Shown piece by piece: positions 9,975-18,251 of a stretch of DNA of 64,000 nucleotides (positions are counted from its first letter, which is position 1; the number at the start of each line of letters is the position of its first letter). The notes beneath the pieces are model-generated. The model ran no database searches. It worked only from the letters and a program-made list of their open reading frames with translations, and was not told the origin of the DNA. Source of the DNA: Mycobacteriales bacterium. Lineage in GTDB: Bacteria; Actinomycetota; Actinomycetes; JAFAQI01. Where the stretch lies: positions 988-64,987 of the forward strand of contig DASZTL010000078.1 of NCBI GenBank assembly GCA_035548055.1, given 5' to 3'. A program made the position numbers and the translations under genes.

Positions 9975-11020
9975 GGGCGACCGGCCGCGGCGAGGACGTC
10001 CGCGCAGACCTGGCTGAGGACGCAGCGGCCACGTCGCACCGGCGGCTCACCACGCTGCGCAGCCGCCTGAACCGCAGGTTCGCTGCGCAGGGTCGCCACC
10101 AACGGGAGGCCGAGACTCGCGGCGACGTCCTTCGCCGCCAGCCGTCCACCACCTGGATCGCGCACGACGAGCTGCGGTGCGCCCAGCCAACGACCCATCG
10201 ACGCCATCAGCGAAGCCGCCGCCGCGACCGCTCTGACATCGGCCGGCACAACCACCACCGACGTCTCGCTCGCATCGAGTAGACACTGCGTCGCTCGGGA
10301 CGGAAGGCGGGCAATGTCGATCACGATCGCCGTGAAGGCGTGGCTTGCTGCCGTCATCACCGTCTCGATGGCCTCGACGTCGAGGACGCAGCCAGGTCGC
10401 GGGCGTCCCCAGGAGAGCAAGCCCATCCCGTGGACGTCGCAGACCGCGGCCGCGAACGCCGCGGGGTCGAGCTGCCCACGAGTGCTTGCGAGCTCGTTCC
10501 ACCGCACGCCCGGTACGGACTCGGCACCGATCAGCACGTCGAGTCCGCCACCCAGTGGGTCCCCGTCGACCAGCAGCGCTCGCCCGGATTGCGAAGCCGT
10601 CATGGCGAGCGCGGCAGCGAGCGTCGAGGCGCCTGCCCCGCCGCACCCGCCGATCACCGCGATGCGGTGCGCGGCTTCACCCGTCGGAACCTGCCCGGTG
10701 CGCAGCTCGTCGACCAGCACGGCCTCCTGGTCGGGAAGCCGGAGCAGAGTGCCGGCACCGACGGCGAGCGCAGCCTGCCAACATCCGTCATCTGCCGCGT
10801 GGGTGGTCAGCACCAGGACTCGACCCCGCCGTGGCAGGGACGCGGCGGCAAGAGCCGTCGCGACGTCGCCGCCGACCAGGACGGTGCCCGCGTCGCGCCA
10901 GGCCGCGCGGGCGGCGTCGCTGTCGCGCTCGACCTCGCACTGCTGACCGGCGAGCGCGCACAGCCGCGGCACAGTGGCGATCAGATCGGCATCGGCAGTG
11001 ATGAGGAGTACGCCCGCCAT
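9971..11020 (-). CDS. ssd: CpaE/TadZ-like ATPase, septum-site-determining protein Ssd-like (Rv3660c-like)
   Basis: N-terminal receiver-like region (VLLITADADL..) plus a MinD/ParA-like P-loop (IGGCGGAGASTLAAALA). ORF 9971..11068 trimmed to ATG 11020. Confidence 0.85.
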   Translation of the reverse strand: MAGVLLITADADLIATVPRLCALAGQQCEVERDSDAARAAWRDAGTVLVGGDVATALAAASLPRRGRVLVLTTHAADDGCWQAALAVGAGTLLRLPDQEAVLVDELRTGQVPTGEAAHRIAVIGGCGGAGASTLAAALAMTASQSGRALLVDGDPLGGGLDVLIGAESVPGVRWNELASTRGQLDPAAFAAAVCDVHGMGLLSWGRPRPGCVLDVEAIETVMTAASHAFTAIVIDIARLPSRATQCLLDASETSVVVVPADVRAVAAAASLMASMGRWLGAPQLVVRDPGGGRLAAKDVAASLGLPLVATLRSEPAVQAAAQRGEPPVRRGRCVLSQVCADVLAAAGRP

Positions 11021-11104
11021 GCCTGAAGCGTCGGGTGCGGGCGTACCCGTCTTAGCGGCTGGGATCAAGCTGGGGACAAACCACCCGCGCTGACCCGCTG
11101 TGGA

Positions 11105-11192
11105 AAATGGCCCGGGACATAGGACGGCCCCCGCCGGGGGGGTAGCGGGGGCCGTCTCAAGGCTCGGCTCCGGGGGGGTTGAGCCGAACCAG
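11105..11192 (-). ncRNA. 6C sRNA (two stem-loops with C-rich loops)
   Basis: The minus-strand RNA has two stem-loops. Stem 11190-11181/11170-11161 has loop AACCCCCCCG. The perfect 12-bp stem 11156-11145/11134-11123 has loop UACCCCCCCG, followed by ..CCAUUUUCC. It lies between ssd and the HAD gene, the position I recall for M. tuberculosis B11/6C. The ends are approximate. Confidence 0.75.
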
Positions 11193-11283
11193 CTTCACCT
11201 TGTCATCGAGCCGGTGATGCTTCAGGGATGCCCCTGCGCGAATCGGCCAAACCTGACCGATCGATGAACATCCTGAGACGGGT

Positions 11284-12150
11284 GTGCCTAACGTGACGTA
11301 CGGGCCGGTGTTGCTGCCTATCCTTGATTTCGTGCCCGGTTCAGCGGCGTTCTTCGACCTCGACAAGACGATCATCGCGACGTCGAGCACGCTCGCCATG
11401 GGGCGATCGTTCTACGCCGCGGGGATGATCGGGCGCCGGGCCATCGTCAAGGGTGCCTACGCGCGCCTCGTCTACCACCTGGGTCAGGCCGACGAGCAGA
11501 AGATGGACCGGATGCGCGACGATCTCGCGCGGGCGGTCACCGGCTGGGAGGCGCAGAAGGTCCGGGACGTCATCGCCGAAGACCTGCTCGGTCTGATCGA
11601 CCCGCTGATCTACGACGAGGCGGCCGCGCTGATCGAGTCCCACCACGCGGCTGGGCGTGAGGTCGTGATCGTCTCCAGCAGCGGCGACGAGATCGTCGGG
11701 CCGATCGCCACGCTGCTCGGCGCGGACCGGGTGGTCGCGAGCCGCATGGTCGTCGACGACGGGAAGTACACGGGGGAAGTCGCGTTCTACGCATTCGGCC
11801 CGTACAAGGCAGAGGCAATGCGTGAGCTCGCCGCCGAGCAGGGCTGGGACCTTGCCGACTGCTACGCCTACTCAGACTCCGCCACGGACGTGCCGATGCT
11901 CGAGGCGGTCGGTAACCCGTACGCCGTCAACCCTGACCGTGCGCTCCGTCGCGAGGCCGTGGCTCGGGACTGGGAGATCCTGACCTTCCGTCACCCGGTC
12001 CCGCTGCGGCAGCGCCTCGGCAAGCTTCCGGTGCCGAACCGGCCGCTGGCAGTCGGGATCGCAGGGGCGGCCGTGATCGCCGCCGCCGGCTGGCGTGCCC
12101 TCGCGCACCAGCGCCGGCTGGCCGAGCCGCATCAACGCCGAGCGGGATAG
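11284..12150 (+). CDS. HAD-IB family hydrolase (SerB-like, Rv3661-like) with C-terminal hydrophobic tail
   Basis: Has FFDLDKTIIATSS (DxDxT motif), ..VVIVSSSGDEIV.. and ..AYSDSATDVPMLEAVG... GTG start. Confidence 0.85.
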   Translation: MPNVTYGPVLLPILDFVPGSAAFFDLDKTIIATSSTLAMGRSFYAAGMIGRRAIVKGAYARLVYHLGQADEQKMDRMRDDLARAVTGWEAQKVRDVIAEDLLGLIDPLIYDEAAALIESHHAAGREVVIVSSSGDEIVGPIATLLGADRVVASRMVVDDGKYTGEVAFYAFGPYKAEAMRELAAEQGWDLADCYAYSDSATDVPMLEAVGNPYAVNPDRALRREAVARDWEILTFRHPVPLRQRLGKLPVPNRPLAVGIAGAAVIAAAGWRALAHQRRLAEPHQRRAG

Positions 12151-12200
12151 TCGGGCCGGGAGCGCTCGGAGTGGGATAGATCGCCCGGTTGTGCGGCAAG

Positions 12201-12650
12201 ATGACCGTCGTGGCATCCACCCGCACGTACGGCGGCGACGGCGCACCGCTCGACGAGCAGTCACTCGGCGAGCTCGTGGCGACCGCGACGCGCGACCTGT
12301 CCGTCCTGGTACGGCAGGAGATCGAGCTCGCAAAGTCCGAGTTGGCCGAGCAGGCCAAGCGCGGCGCGATCGGAGCCGGACTGCTCAGCGGAGCCGGCGT
12401 CCTGGCCCTGCTCGGGCTCTTCCTTTCTTGCTTCGCCGTCGCCTTCGCGATCGCCGAAGGTGGGGGGCTTCCGATCTGGAGCGGCTTCCTCATCGTCGCG
12501 GGCTTCTTCATCGTCGTCGGCGGCGTGCTCGGCGTCCTCGGCGTACGGGCGTTCTCGTCGGTCAGCGGACCCGACCGGACCGTCCGCACCCTGAAGAGCG
12601 GTCTCGCCTCCATCCGCCATCCGAGCAGATCAGCGTCGACCGGCACGTAG
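12201..12650 (+). CDS. Phage-holin-family / DUF1469-like small membrane protein
   Basis: Reads ..LSVLVRQEIELAKSELAEQAKRGAIGAGLLSGAGVLALLGLFL.., followed by a second TM segment. ATG 12201 lies within ORF 12189..12650. Confidence 0.6.
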   Translation: MTVVASTRTYGGDGAPLDEQSLGELVATATRDLSVLVRQEIELAKSELAEQAKRGAIGAGLLSGAGVLALLGLFLSCFAVAFAIAEGGGLPIWSGFLIVAGFFIVVGGVLGVLGVRAFSSVSGPDRTVRTLKSGLASIRHPSRSASTGT

Positions 12651-12670
12651 CTGCGTGACAGGCTGGCCAC

Positions 12671-13588
12671 GTGCCGGCGCCGCGGATCGTCGAGGAGTCG
12701 ACCGTCCTCATCGAGGGGCCGTGGACGCATCGGCATGTCAGCGCCAACGGCATCCGGCTGCACATCGCTGAGGCAGGCACCGGTCCGCTCGTCCTGTTGC
12801 TGCACGGCTTCCCGGAGTTCTGGTGGAGCTGGCGGCACCAGCTGGTCGCGCTGTCGAACGCCGGCTACCGCGCCGTTGCTCCGGACCTCCGCGGTTACGG
12901 CGCGAGCGACAAGCCGCCGCGTGGTTACGACGTGCCGACCCTGGCCGCCGACCTCGCCGGCCTGGTCCGCGCACTCGGCGAGCGAGAGGCGGTCTTCGTC
13001 GGCCACGACTGGGGCGGGCACCTCGCCTGGTCAGTCGCGGCAATCCATCCGAATGTCGTCAGCAAGCTCGCGGTGCTCTCGATCGCGCACCCGCTTCGGT
13101 TCGAAGAAGCGTTGCGGCGCAACAACGCACAACGCCAGGCCAGCAGCTACATCGCACGCTTCCAGCCACCGTGGGCTCCGGAGCGTTGGCTTACCGCCGA
13201 CAACGCCGCGAACGTCGGCGCCTTGTTGCACCGGTGGGGCGGCCCGGGTTTCCCGGACCAAGAGACCGAGGACGTGTGCCGCGAGGCGATGCAGGTGACG
13301 TACGTCGCGAACCGGGCACTCGAGTACTACCGCTGGAGCGCCCGCTCGCTGCCGCGCGCCGACGGCCGTCGCTATCGCACGATCATGCACACGCCGATCA
13401 ACGTGCCGACCTTGCAGATTCAGGGCGAGGTCGATCCCTGCATCCTGCCGGCCACGGCGCGTGGCTCCGAGCGCTACGTGACCGGACCGTACGAGTGGCG
13501 CGAGTTGCGCGGCCTCGGCCACTTCCCGCATCAGGAAGATCCCGACCTTGTCACCGCCGAGCTACTCTGCTGGCTTCCCACGAAGTAG
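12671..13588 (+). CDS. Alpha/beta hydrolase, epoxide-hydrolase-like (EphE-like)
   Basis: Has HGFPEFWWSWRHQ and nucleophile elbow GHDWGG, with a C-terminal ..GHFPHQEDP.. histidine motif. Confidence 0.85.
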   Translation: MPAPRIVEESTVLIEGPWTHRHVSANGIRLHIAEAGTGPLVLLLHGFPEFWWSWRHQLVALSNAGYRAVAPDLRGYGASDKPPRGYDVPTLAADLAGLVRALGEREAVFVGHDWGGHLAWSVAAIHPNVVSKLAVLSIAHPLRFEEALRRNNAQRQASSYIARFQPPWAPERWLTADNAANVGALLHRWGGPGFPDQETEDVCREAMQVTYVANRALEYYRWSARSLPRADGRRYRTIMHTPINVPTLQIQGEVDPCILPATARGSERYVTGPYEWRELRGLGHFPHQEDPDLVTAELLCWLPTK

Positions 13589-13663
13589 CACATGTTGTCC
13601 ATCTCGAATCGGACATCAGACCCAGAAGTGGCTCGCGCGACGCACTTCATGTGCTACTTCGTG
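13579..13663. repeat. 85-bp structured element: perfect 16-bp inverted repeat enclosing two sub-hairpins
   Basis: CACGAAGTAGCACATG (13579-13594) pairs with CATGTGCTACTTCGTG (13648-13663). Inner TGTCC/GGACA (13596-13600/13611-13615) and GAAGTG/CACTTC (13625-13630/13643-13648) can also pair. The element exactly fills the gap between two convergent stop codons. Confidence 0.6.
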
Positions 13664-14842
13664 TCAGTCGCAGCCCATTGTGGTGACCTGCCGCGTCGCG
13701 CTCGTTCCCACGAGGGCGTCGTGGGAGACCTCTTTGGCAGTCAGTGCGTAGCCGGTCTTCGAGTCGTCGACCGCGGCCGCGAACACGACACCGGCAACTG
13801 CCCCCGAGGTCGTGAGCAGCGGTCCACCCGAGTTGCCCGGCAACACCTTCGCGTAGATCGCGTAGATCTCTCGGGTGACTTCGCGCTCCTGATAGATGTC
13901 CGGACCACGCGCCGCTTGGACGTTGCGGACTCGTGCCGCTCGCGGCGTGAAGCCGCCGTTCTCCGGGTAGCCGGCGACGATCGCGCTGTCACCGCTCGAC
14001 AACGGGCCGCCGAACCGCAGCGGCGTGAGACTGAGACCGGGCACATACAGCACCGCGACATCGCGCTGCGGGTCATACAGCACGACCCGCGCCGGAAGCG
14101 AGCGTCCGTCGAGGGTGTGAACGGTCGGTGCTCCCACCCCCGCGACGACGTGCGCATTGGTCATCACCCGGTCGTTCGCGTAGACGAACCCACTGCCTTC
14201 GAGCTGACGAGAGCACGAGTCCGCGATTCCGGTCACCTTCACGACGTCGGCCTGCACGCGCCGAACCACGTTGCTTCGAGCAAGCTTCGGATTCGGTGGT
14301 GCAACGTCCTTGCTGTGGTGGAAGCCGATCCCGCCGAAGACCTCCGGCCAGCCGTCACGGTCGAGCAGGCGGCGGAACGATGCGAACCAGGTGTTCGCGG
14401 CATTCGGCATCACCTGGTCGACGGTGCGCAGGATCCGCGAGTGGTTCACCTGGCTCGACACGGCGCCGGCCGCCCCTTGGGCCAGACCCATGCCGACGAG
14501 CCACGCGACCAGGAGAACCGACACGACGCTCACCACGCCGCCGGCGAGCGAGTCCGCCGTACGAAGCGGGCGCCATCTGAACTCGCGCCGGATCGCGACC
14601 CCGATCACCGTCGCGATCAGCTGGCCGATCATTGCGCACAGCACGACGGCGAGCAGACCGAACATCGCCGGACCGACCCCAACCCGGAGGTCACTGTGCA
14701 ACGAGCTGGCGTACTTCGCCCCCAGCGCACCCCCGCCGAGGAAGCCGGCGAAGGACAGCACTCCGATGACGAAGCCCTGCCGATAGCCGCTGAGGCCGAA
14801 CAGCAGGCAGATGGCGATCAGGATCAGATCAAGCACGTCCAT
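13664..14842 (-). CDS. marP: Membrane-anchored S1-family serine protease (CvpA-like TM domain + trypsin-like domain; MarP/Rv3671c-like)
   Basis: N-terminus MDVLDLILIAICLLFGLSGYRQGF.. with 4 TM segments. Protease motifs TNAHVV and ..GNSGGPL... Confidence 0.85.
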   Translation of the reverse strand: MDVLDLILIAICLLFGLSGYRQGFVIGVLSFAGFLGGGALGAKYASSLHSDLRVGVGPAMFGLLAVVLCAMIGQLIATVIGVAIRREFRWRPLRTADSLAGGVVSVVSVLLVAWLVGMGLAQGAAGAVSSQVNHSRILRTVDQVMPNAANTWFASFRRLLDRDGWPEVFGGIGFHHSKDVAPPNPKLARSNVVRRVQADVVKVTGIADSCSRQLEGSGFVYANDRVMTNAHVVAGVGAPTVHTLDGRSLPARVVLYDPQRDVAVLYVPGLSLTPLRFGGPLSSGDSAIVAGYPENGGFTPRAARVRNVQAARGPDIYQEREVTREIYAIYAKVLPGNSGGPLLTTSGAVAGVVFAAAVDDSKTGYALTAKEVSHDALVGTSATRQVTTMGCD

Positions 14843-14848
14843 GGCGGC

Positions 14849-15526
14849 CTAGTCGCGCCGAGCCGGCACCGGCATCGGGAGCACCACGTCCTTGTCCCAA
14901 GCCTGCTCCCAGCCGCCGAGTCGGAGCAGCCGGTCGAGGATGCCCGCGGTGAAGCCCCAGACGAGCATCCCCGCGACGCGGAAGCCCGGGGAGGCGTAGC
15001 CGAGCCGGTGCTTCACCATCACGCGGTTCGCCGGATCGGCGAGGTCATCGAGCGCCACCCGCGACACCGCGGCGACCTCGACCGCGTCGACCGGACCGAC
15101 ATCGCTCGGCTCCCGCCACCACGCGATCACCGGAGTCACGAGGTTGCCACTGGGCGGCAACCACAACTGCGGCATCGTGGTGAGAACGTCGATGCCCGCC
15201 GCGTCAGCGCCGGTCTCCTCCGCGGCTTCGCGCAGGGCAGCCGCGATCGGTCCGTCATCTGTCGGATCGATGCCACCACCAGGGAAGGCGGGCTGCCCGG
15301 CGTGGTGACGCAGGTCGTCGCTGCGCTGCAGCAGCAGCACGTCGGGACCGGATACCCCCTCGCCGAAGAGCACGAGGACGGCCGCCCGGCGCAACCCCTC
15401 GACCCCCTCGGCGGGCATCGGGGAGAACGACGCGGGGTCAGCCTCGTGCACTGCCACGACGAGACGGTTGAGCCACTCCGGCGCGGCAGGGCTCCCCGGC
15501 GTCAACGCGGCGACTCCCTCAGTCAT
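14849..15526 (-). CDS. NUDIX hydrolase (CoA pyrophosphatase-like)
   Basis: Nudix box GQPAFPGGGIDPTDDGPIAAALREAAEETG. ATGA overlap with the upstream gene. Confidence 0.8.
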   Translation of the reverse strand: MTEGVAALTPGSPAAPEWLNRLVVAVHEADPASFSPMPAEGVEGLRRAAVLVLFGEGVSGPDVLLLQRSDDLRHHAGQPAFPGGGIDPTDDGPIAAALREAAEETGADAAGIDVLTTMPQLWLPPSGNLVTPVIAWWREPSDVGPVDAVEVAAVSRVALDDLADPANRVMVKHRLGYASPGFRVAGMLVWGFTAGILDRLLRLGGWEQAWDKDVVLPMPVPARRD

Positions 15527-16128
15527 TGGACGTGAAGGTACTTCGCGATATCGGCCCGCACCGCGGCCGCATCGTCGTAAGGGCCGACGTGCACGTGCAC
15601 GACGACGCCAGCCGCGTTGACGAACGCCGTCTCCGGCGGGCCCGGCGAGTGGGCCAGACCGAGCAGCACCTTCTTGTCCGGGTCGACGACAGATGGGTAG
15701 CGGACGGGCGGCGTGACATGCGTCCCGAAGTCGAGCGCACTGTTGGCGTCATCGGCGGTATCGACGCCGAGGAAGCGAACCTTCGGCCGCAGTGAGTTGT
15801 AGACGGTCGACAGCGCCGCCGTCTCCCTCTGACACGGGATGCACCAAGAGCCCCAGACGTTGATCACGGTCGGGGTTCCCGCGAGTCCGGCGAGATGCAC
15901 CGCCGGCCCGTTGCCGAGGCACGACAACGTGACATCAGGCAAACCGTCCGGCACCCGCGTCGCGGACGACACCGGGCAGGGGTCGAGGTTTGCCTCCTTC
16001 ACCAGGCGAAGGTGGGTGGGATCGCTGACGCGACCATCGCCGGCGGTCGATCCCGACGACGAGCAACCAGCCACCACCAGCACCGCCGCGACCGCGGCCG
16101 CGAGACAGAACCGACGCGGCACTCTCAT
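15523..16128 (-). CDS. TlpA/thioredoxin-like lipoprotein (Rv3673c-like)
   Basis: ORF 15523..16953 trimmed to ATG 16128. Lipobox VVAGC and redox motif WGSWCIPC. GTGATG junction with nth. Confidence 0.8.
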   Translation of the reverse strand: MRVPRRFCLAAAVAAVLVVAGCSSSGSTAGDGRVSDPTHLRLVKEANLDPCPVSSATRVPDGLPDVTLSCLGNGPAVHLAGLAGTPTVINVWGSWCIPCQRETAALSTVYNSLRPKVRFLGVDTADDANSALDFGTHVTPPVRYPSVVDPDKKVLLGLAHSPGPPETAFVNAAGVVVHVHVGPYDDAAAVRADIAKYLHVQ

Positions 16129-16844
16129 CACACAGGGCCCGCCATCTGCGAGGCCGGTCTCAGCAGCTTCTCCGCCACTGCGGGGTCCGTCGGACCCTCG
16201 CCGTACGACGGGCAGAGCTTGGCCAGCGGACAGGCACCGCAGGCCGGACGTCGGGCATGGCAGGCCCGGCGGCCGTGCCAGATCATCCGGTGCGAAAGGC
16301 CGGTCCAGTCCTTCTTGTCGAACAGGGCGCCAACCTCGTGCTCGACCTTCACCGGGTCGTCGAGCGTGGTCCAGCCGAACCGCCGCGCGAGCCGGCCGAA
16401 GTGGGTGTCGACCGTGATGCCGGGCACCCCGAACGCGTTGCCGAGGACGACGTTCGCGGTCTTGCGACCGACGCCGGGCAGCCTGACCAGCTCCTCGAGC
16501 TTGGCGGGGACCTCGCCGTCGTACCCCTCCGCCAGAGCTTGGCCGAGCTTCATCAGGCTGTCGGTCTTCGCCCGGAAGAATCCGGTCGACTTGATCATCG
16601 TCTCCATCTCGACCCGGTCCGCCGCCGCGTAGTCGGCAGCGGTGGGGTACTTCCGGAAAAGTGCCGGGGTGACCGAGTTGACCATCTTGTCCGTGCACTG
16701 CGCCGAGAGGACGGTCGCGACGAGCAACTGCAGCGGGGAGGCGAAGTCGAGCTCGCAGTGAGCGTCCGGATAGGTCTGCTGCAGGATCCGGTCCATCCGC
16801 CGCGCCCGGCGGACCAGCCCGGTGCGGGTCTCGGGCTGCGGCAT
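16128..16844 (-). CDS. nth: Endonuclease III
   Basis: HhH-GPD motif [14 protein letters not shown] and C-terminal Fe-S cluster [17 protein letters not shown]. Confidence 0.95.
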   Translation of the reverse strand: MPQPETRTGLVRRARRMDRILQQTYPDAHCELDFASPLQLLVATVLSAQCTDKMVNSVTPALFRKYPTAADYAAADRVEMETMIKSTGFFRAKTDSLMKLGQALAEGYDGEVPAKLEELVRLPGVGRKTANVVLGNAFGVPGITVDTHFGRLARRFGWTTLDDPVKVEHEVGALFDKKDWTGLSHRMIWHGRRACHARRPACGACPLAKLCPSYGEGPTDPAVAEKLLRPASQMAGPV

Positions 16845-17004
16845 GTGATCGAGCGTAAGGCCGCGACCGCTCGGGGCCGTTCGGAGGAGCCCGGCTACGC
16901 CGTCGAACCCGACGCCTAGGCCGTAGGAGTGACGTGACCTTCCCCACGCTCAACCTTTCCCGAGATCAGGCCGACTCCATGTAGGAGACGCGGAGAGTGA
17001 GGAA

Positions 17005-17529
17005 ATGCCGAATCGGCCCACGGCGGATCGTCAGACGCCACCGGAACGCGACCCGCAGTTCGCCCACCTGACCTTGGGCGGGCTCCGGGAGTACCGCAGC
17101 ACCCTGACTCACGAAGAGAGCCGGGTGTCGTACTGGCGTCGGATCATCCAGGCCCGGCTCGACCTCGTCCGCGCCGCCGTCGAAGGCGGCACCGCCGGCG
17201 TGGAGGACCTCCGCAACGTCTTCGCCGAACGCCGCGGCGTCACCAAACGCACCGCGGCGCTGTCGATCCTGCCAATCGACGACATGCCGCCACTGCCCGA
17301 CCTCGCCACGCTGTGGTCGCGCGAGCCCGACTCGAACGACGTCAACGCCACCGCCGAGCTGATGCATGAGCTGACCAAGGCGGAGACGCAGCTCTCGGCG
17401 TACCGCACCGCGGTCCATCGCCAGCTGGCCGCCGCGACGGCCGAGCTGATCGCCCGTTACCGAGAGCAGCCGGACCTGTGCCTGTCCGCCCTGCCGTCGT
17501 CGCGCGCCGTCGGCAGCATCACCGTCTGA
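17005..17529 (+). CDS. Small helical protein with RsiG-type c-di-GMP-binding signature (RsiG-like, function inferred)
   Basis: 174 aa with no TM segment. ESRVSYWRRIIQARLD (17116-17163) matches E(X)3S(X)2R(X)3Q(X)3D exactly. A second helix reads ETQLSAYRTAVHRQLA (17383-17430), which is degenerate. C-terminus ..ELIARYREQP... Ends 43 nt upstream of crp. Confidence 0.5.
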   Translation: MPNRPTADRQTPPERDPQFAHLTLGGLREYRSTLTHEESRVSYWRRIIQARLDLVRAAVEGGTAGVEDLRNVFAERRGVTKRTAALSILPIDDMPPLPDLATLWSREPDSNDVNATAELMHELTKAETQLSAYRTAVHRQLAAATAELIARYREQPDLCLSALPSSRAVGSITV

Positions 17530-17572
17530 AATCGCACAGCAGCACTGCTCGGATCTAAGGCACACTTCTGGC

Positions 17573-18247
17573 GTGGAAGGCGCACTGGCATCAGCCCCGC
17601 TGTTCGCGGCGCTCGACGCCGAATCCGCGGACTCCCTCGAGAGGGTCCTGACCTCACGCACCGTCAGCCGCGGCCACGTCGTCTTCAAGGAGGGTGACCC
17701 GGGCGACCGGTTGTTCATCGTGCTCGAGGGCAAGATCAAGATCTATCGCGCTGCGGCCGACGGGCGCGAGAACCTGATCGCCGTTCTCGGTGCGGGCGAG
17801 ATGTTCGGCGAGCTGTCGTTGTTCGACCCCGGACCGCGTACGGCGAGCGTGTCCGCGGTGACTGACGCGACCCTGGCGTCACTCGACCATGACGACCTGC
17901 GCCCGCTCCTGCTGGGCCGACCCGGGCTCGGCGTCGAGCTGCTGCGCGCACTCGCGCAACGGCTTCGGCGCACCAATGATGCGATGGCCGATCTCGTCTT
18001 CACCGACGTACCCGGTCGGGTCGCGAAGGCGCTGCTCGACCTCGCGAACAAGTTCGGCGTCGCCGAGGCCGAGGGGAAGCGGGTTCGTCACGATCTCACC
18101 CAGGAAGAGCTGGCGCAGCTCGTCGGGGCCAGCCGAGAGACGGTGAACAAGGCGTTGTCCGAGTTCGCCCACCGTGGGTGGCTGCGCATCGAGGGGCGCA
18201 GTGTGCTGCTGCTCGACGAGGAGCGACTGATCCGCCGGGCCCGCTGA
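17573..18247 (+). CDS. crp: cAMP receptor protein (Crp/Fnr family)
   Basis: Close match to the mycobacterial Crp sequence as I recall it: ..GDRLFIVLEGKIKIYR..GRENLIAVLG..MFGELSLFDPGPRTAS..TDVPGRVAKALLDL..RETVNKALSEFAHRGWLRIEGRSV... GTG start. Confidence 0.95.
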   Translation: MEGALASAPLFAALDAESADSLERVLTSRTVSRGHVVFKEGDPGDRLFIVLEGKIKIYRAAADGRENLIAVLGAGEMFGELSLFDPGPRTASVSAVTDATLASLDHDDLRPLLLGRPGLGVELLRALAQRLRRTNDAMADLVFTDVPGRVAKALLDLANKFGVAEAEGKRVRHDLTQEELAQLVGASRETVNKALSEFAHRGWLRIEGRSVLLLDEERLIRRAR

Positions 18248-18251
18248 CCTC

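Noticed and set aside
11157-11399. 80-aa minus-strand ORF covering the 6C region and the HAD gene start
   Set aside because: It overlaps the structured 6C hairpins and the antisense strand of a well-supported CDS, and its translation has no recognisable features.
13592-15535. 647-aa plus-strand ORF, together with similar long ORFs at 2014-3087(-), 8979-10070(+), 11927-13021(-), 25495-26661(-), 27658-28833(-), 33328-34509(+), 38095-39243(+) and 40454-41566(+)
   Set aside because: All lie antisense or out of frame to genes with clear conserved motifs (marP, helicase, tadA, ArsA-like, ponA, PP2C, ask/recR, dnaX). Their translations are Arg/Pro/Gly/Ala-rich low-complexity strings with no recognisable motif. 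This is the classic high-GC open-frame artefact.
15523-16953. 476-aa ORF spanning the tlpA-like gene and nth. The extended ORFs 21766-23157, 18252-21980 and 53940-56621 are similar cases.
   Set aside because: The N-terminal extensions read through the neighbouring gene in another frame. Internal starts with lipobox/signal or conserved N-termini (16128, 22539, 21755, 54477) give proteins of the expected size and tidy start/stop junctions.
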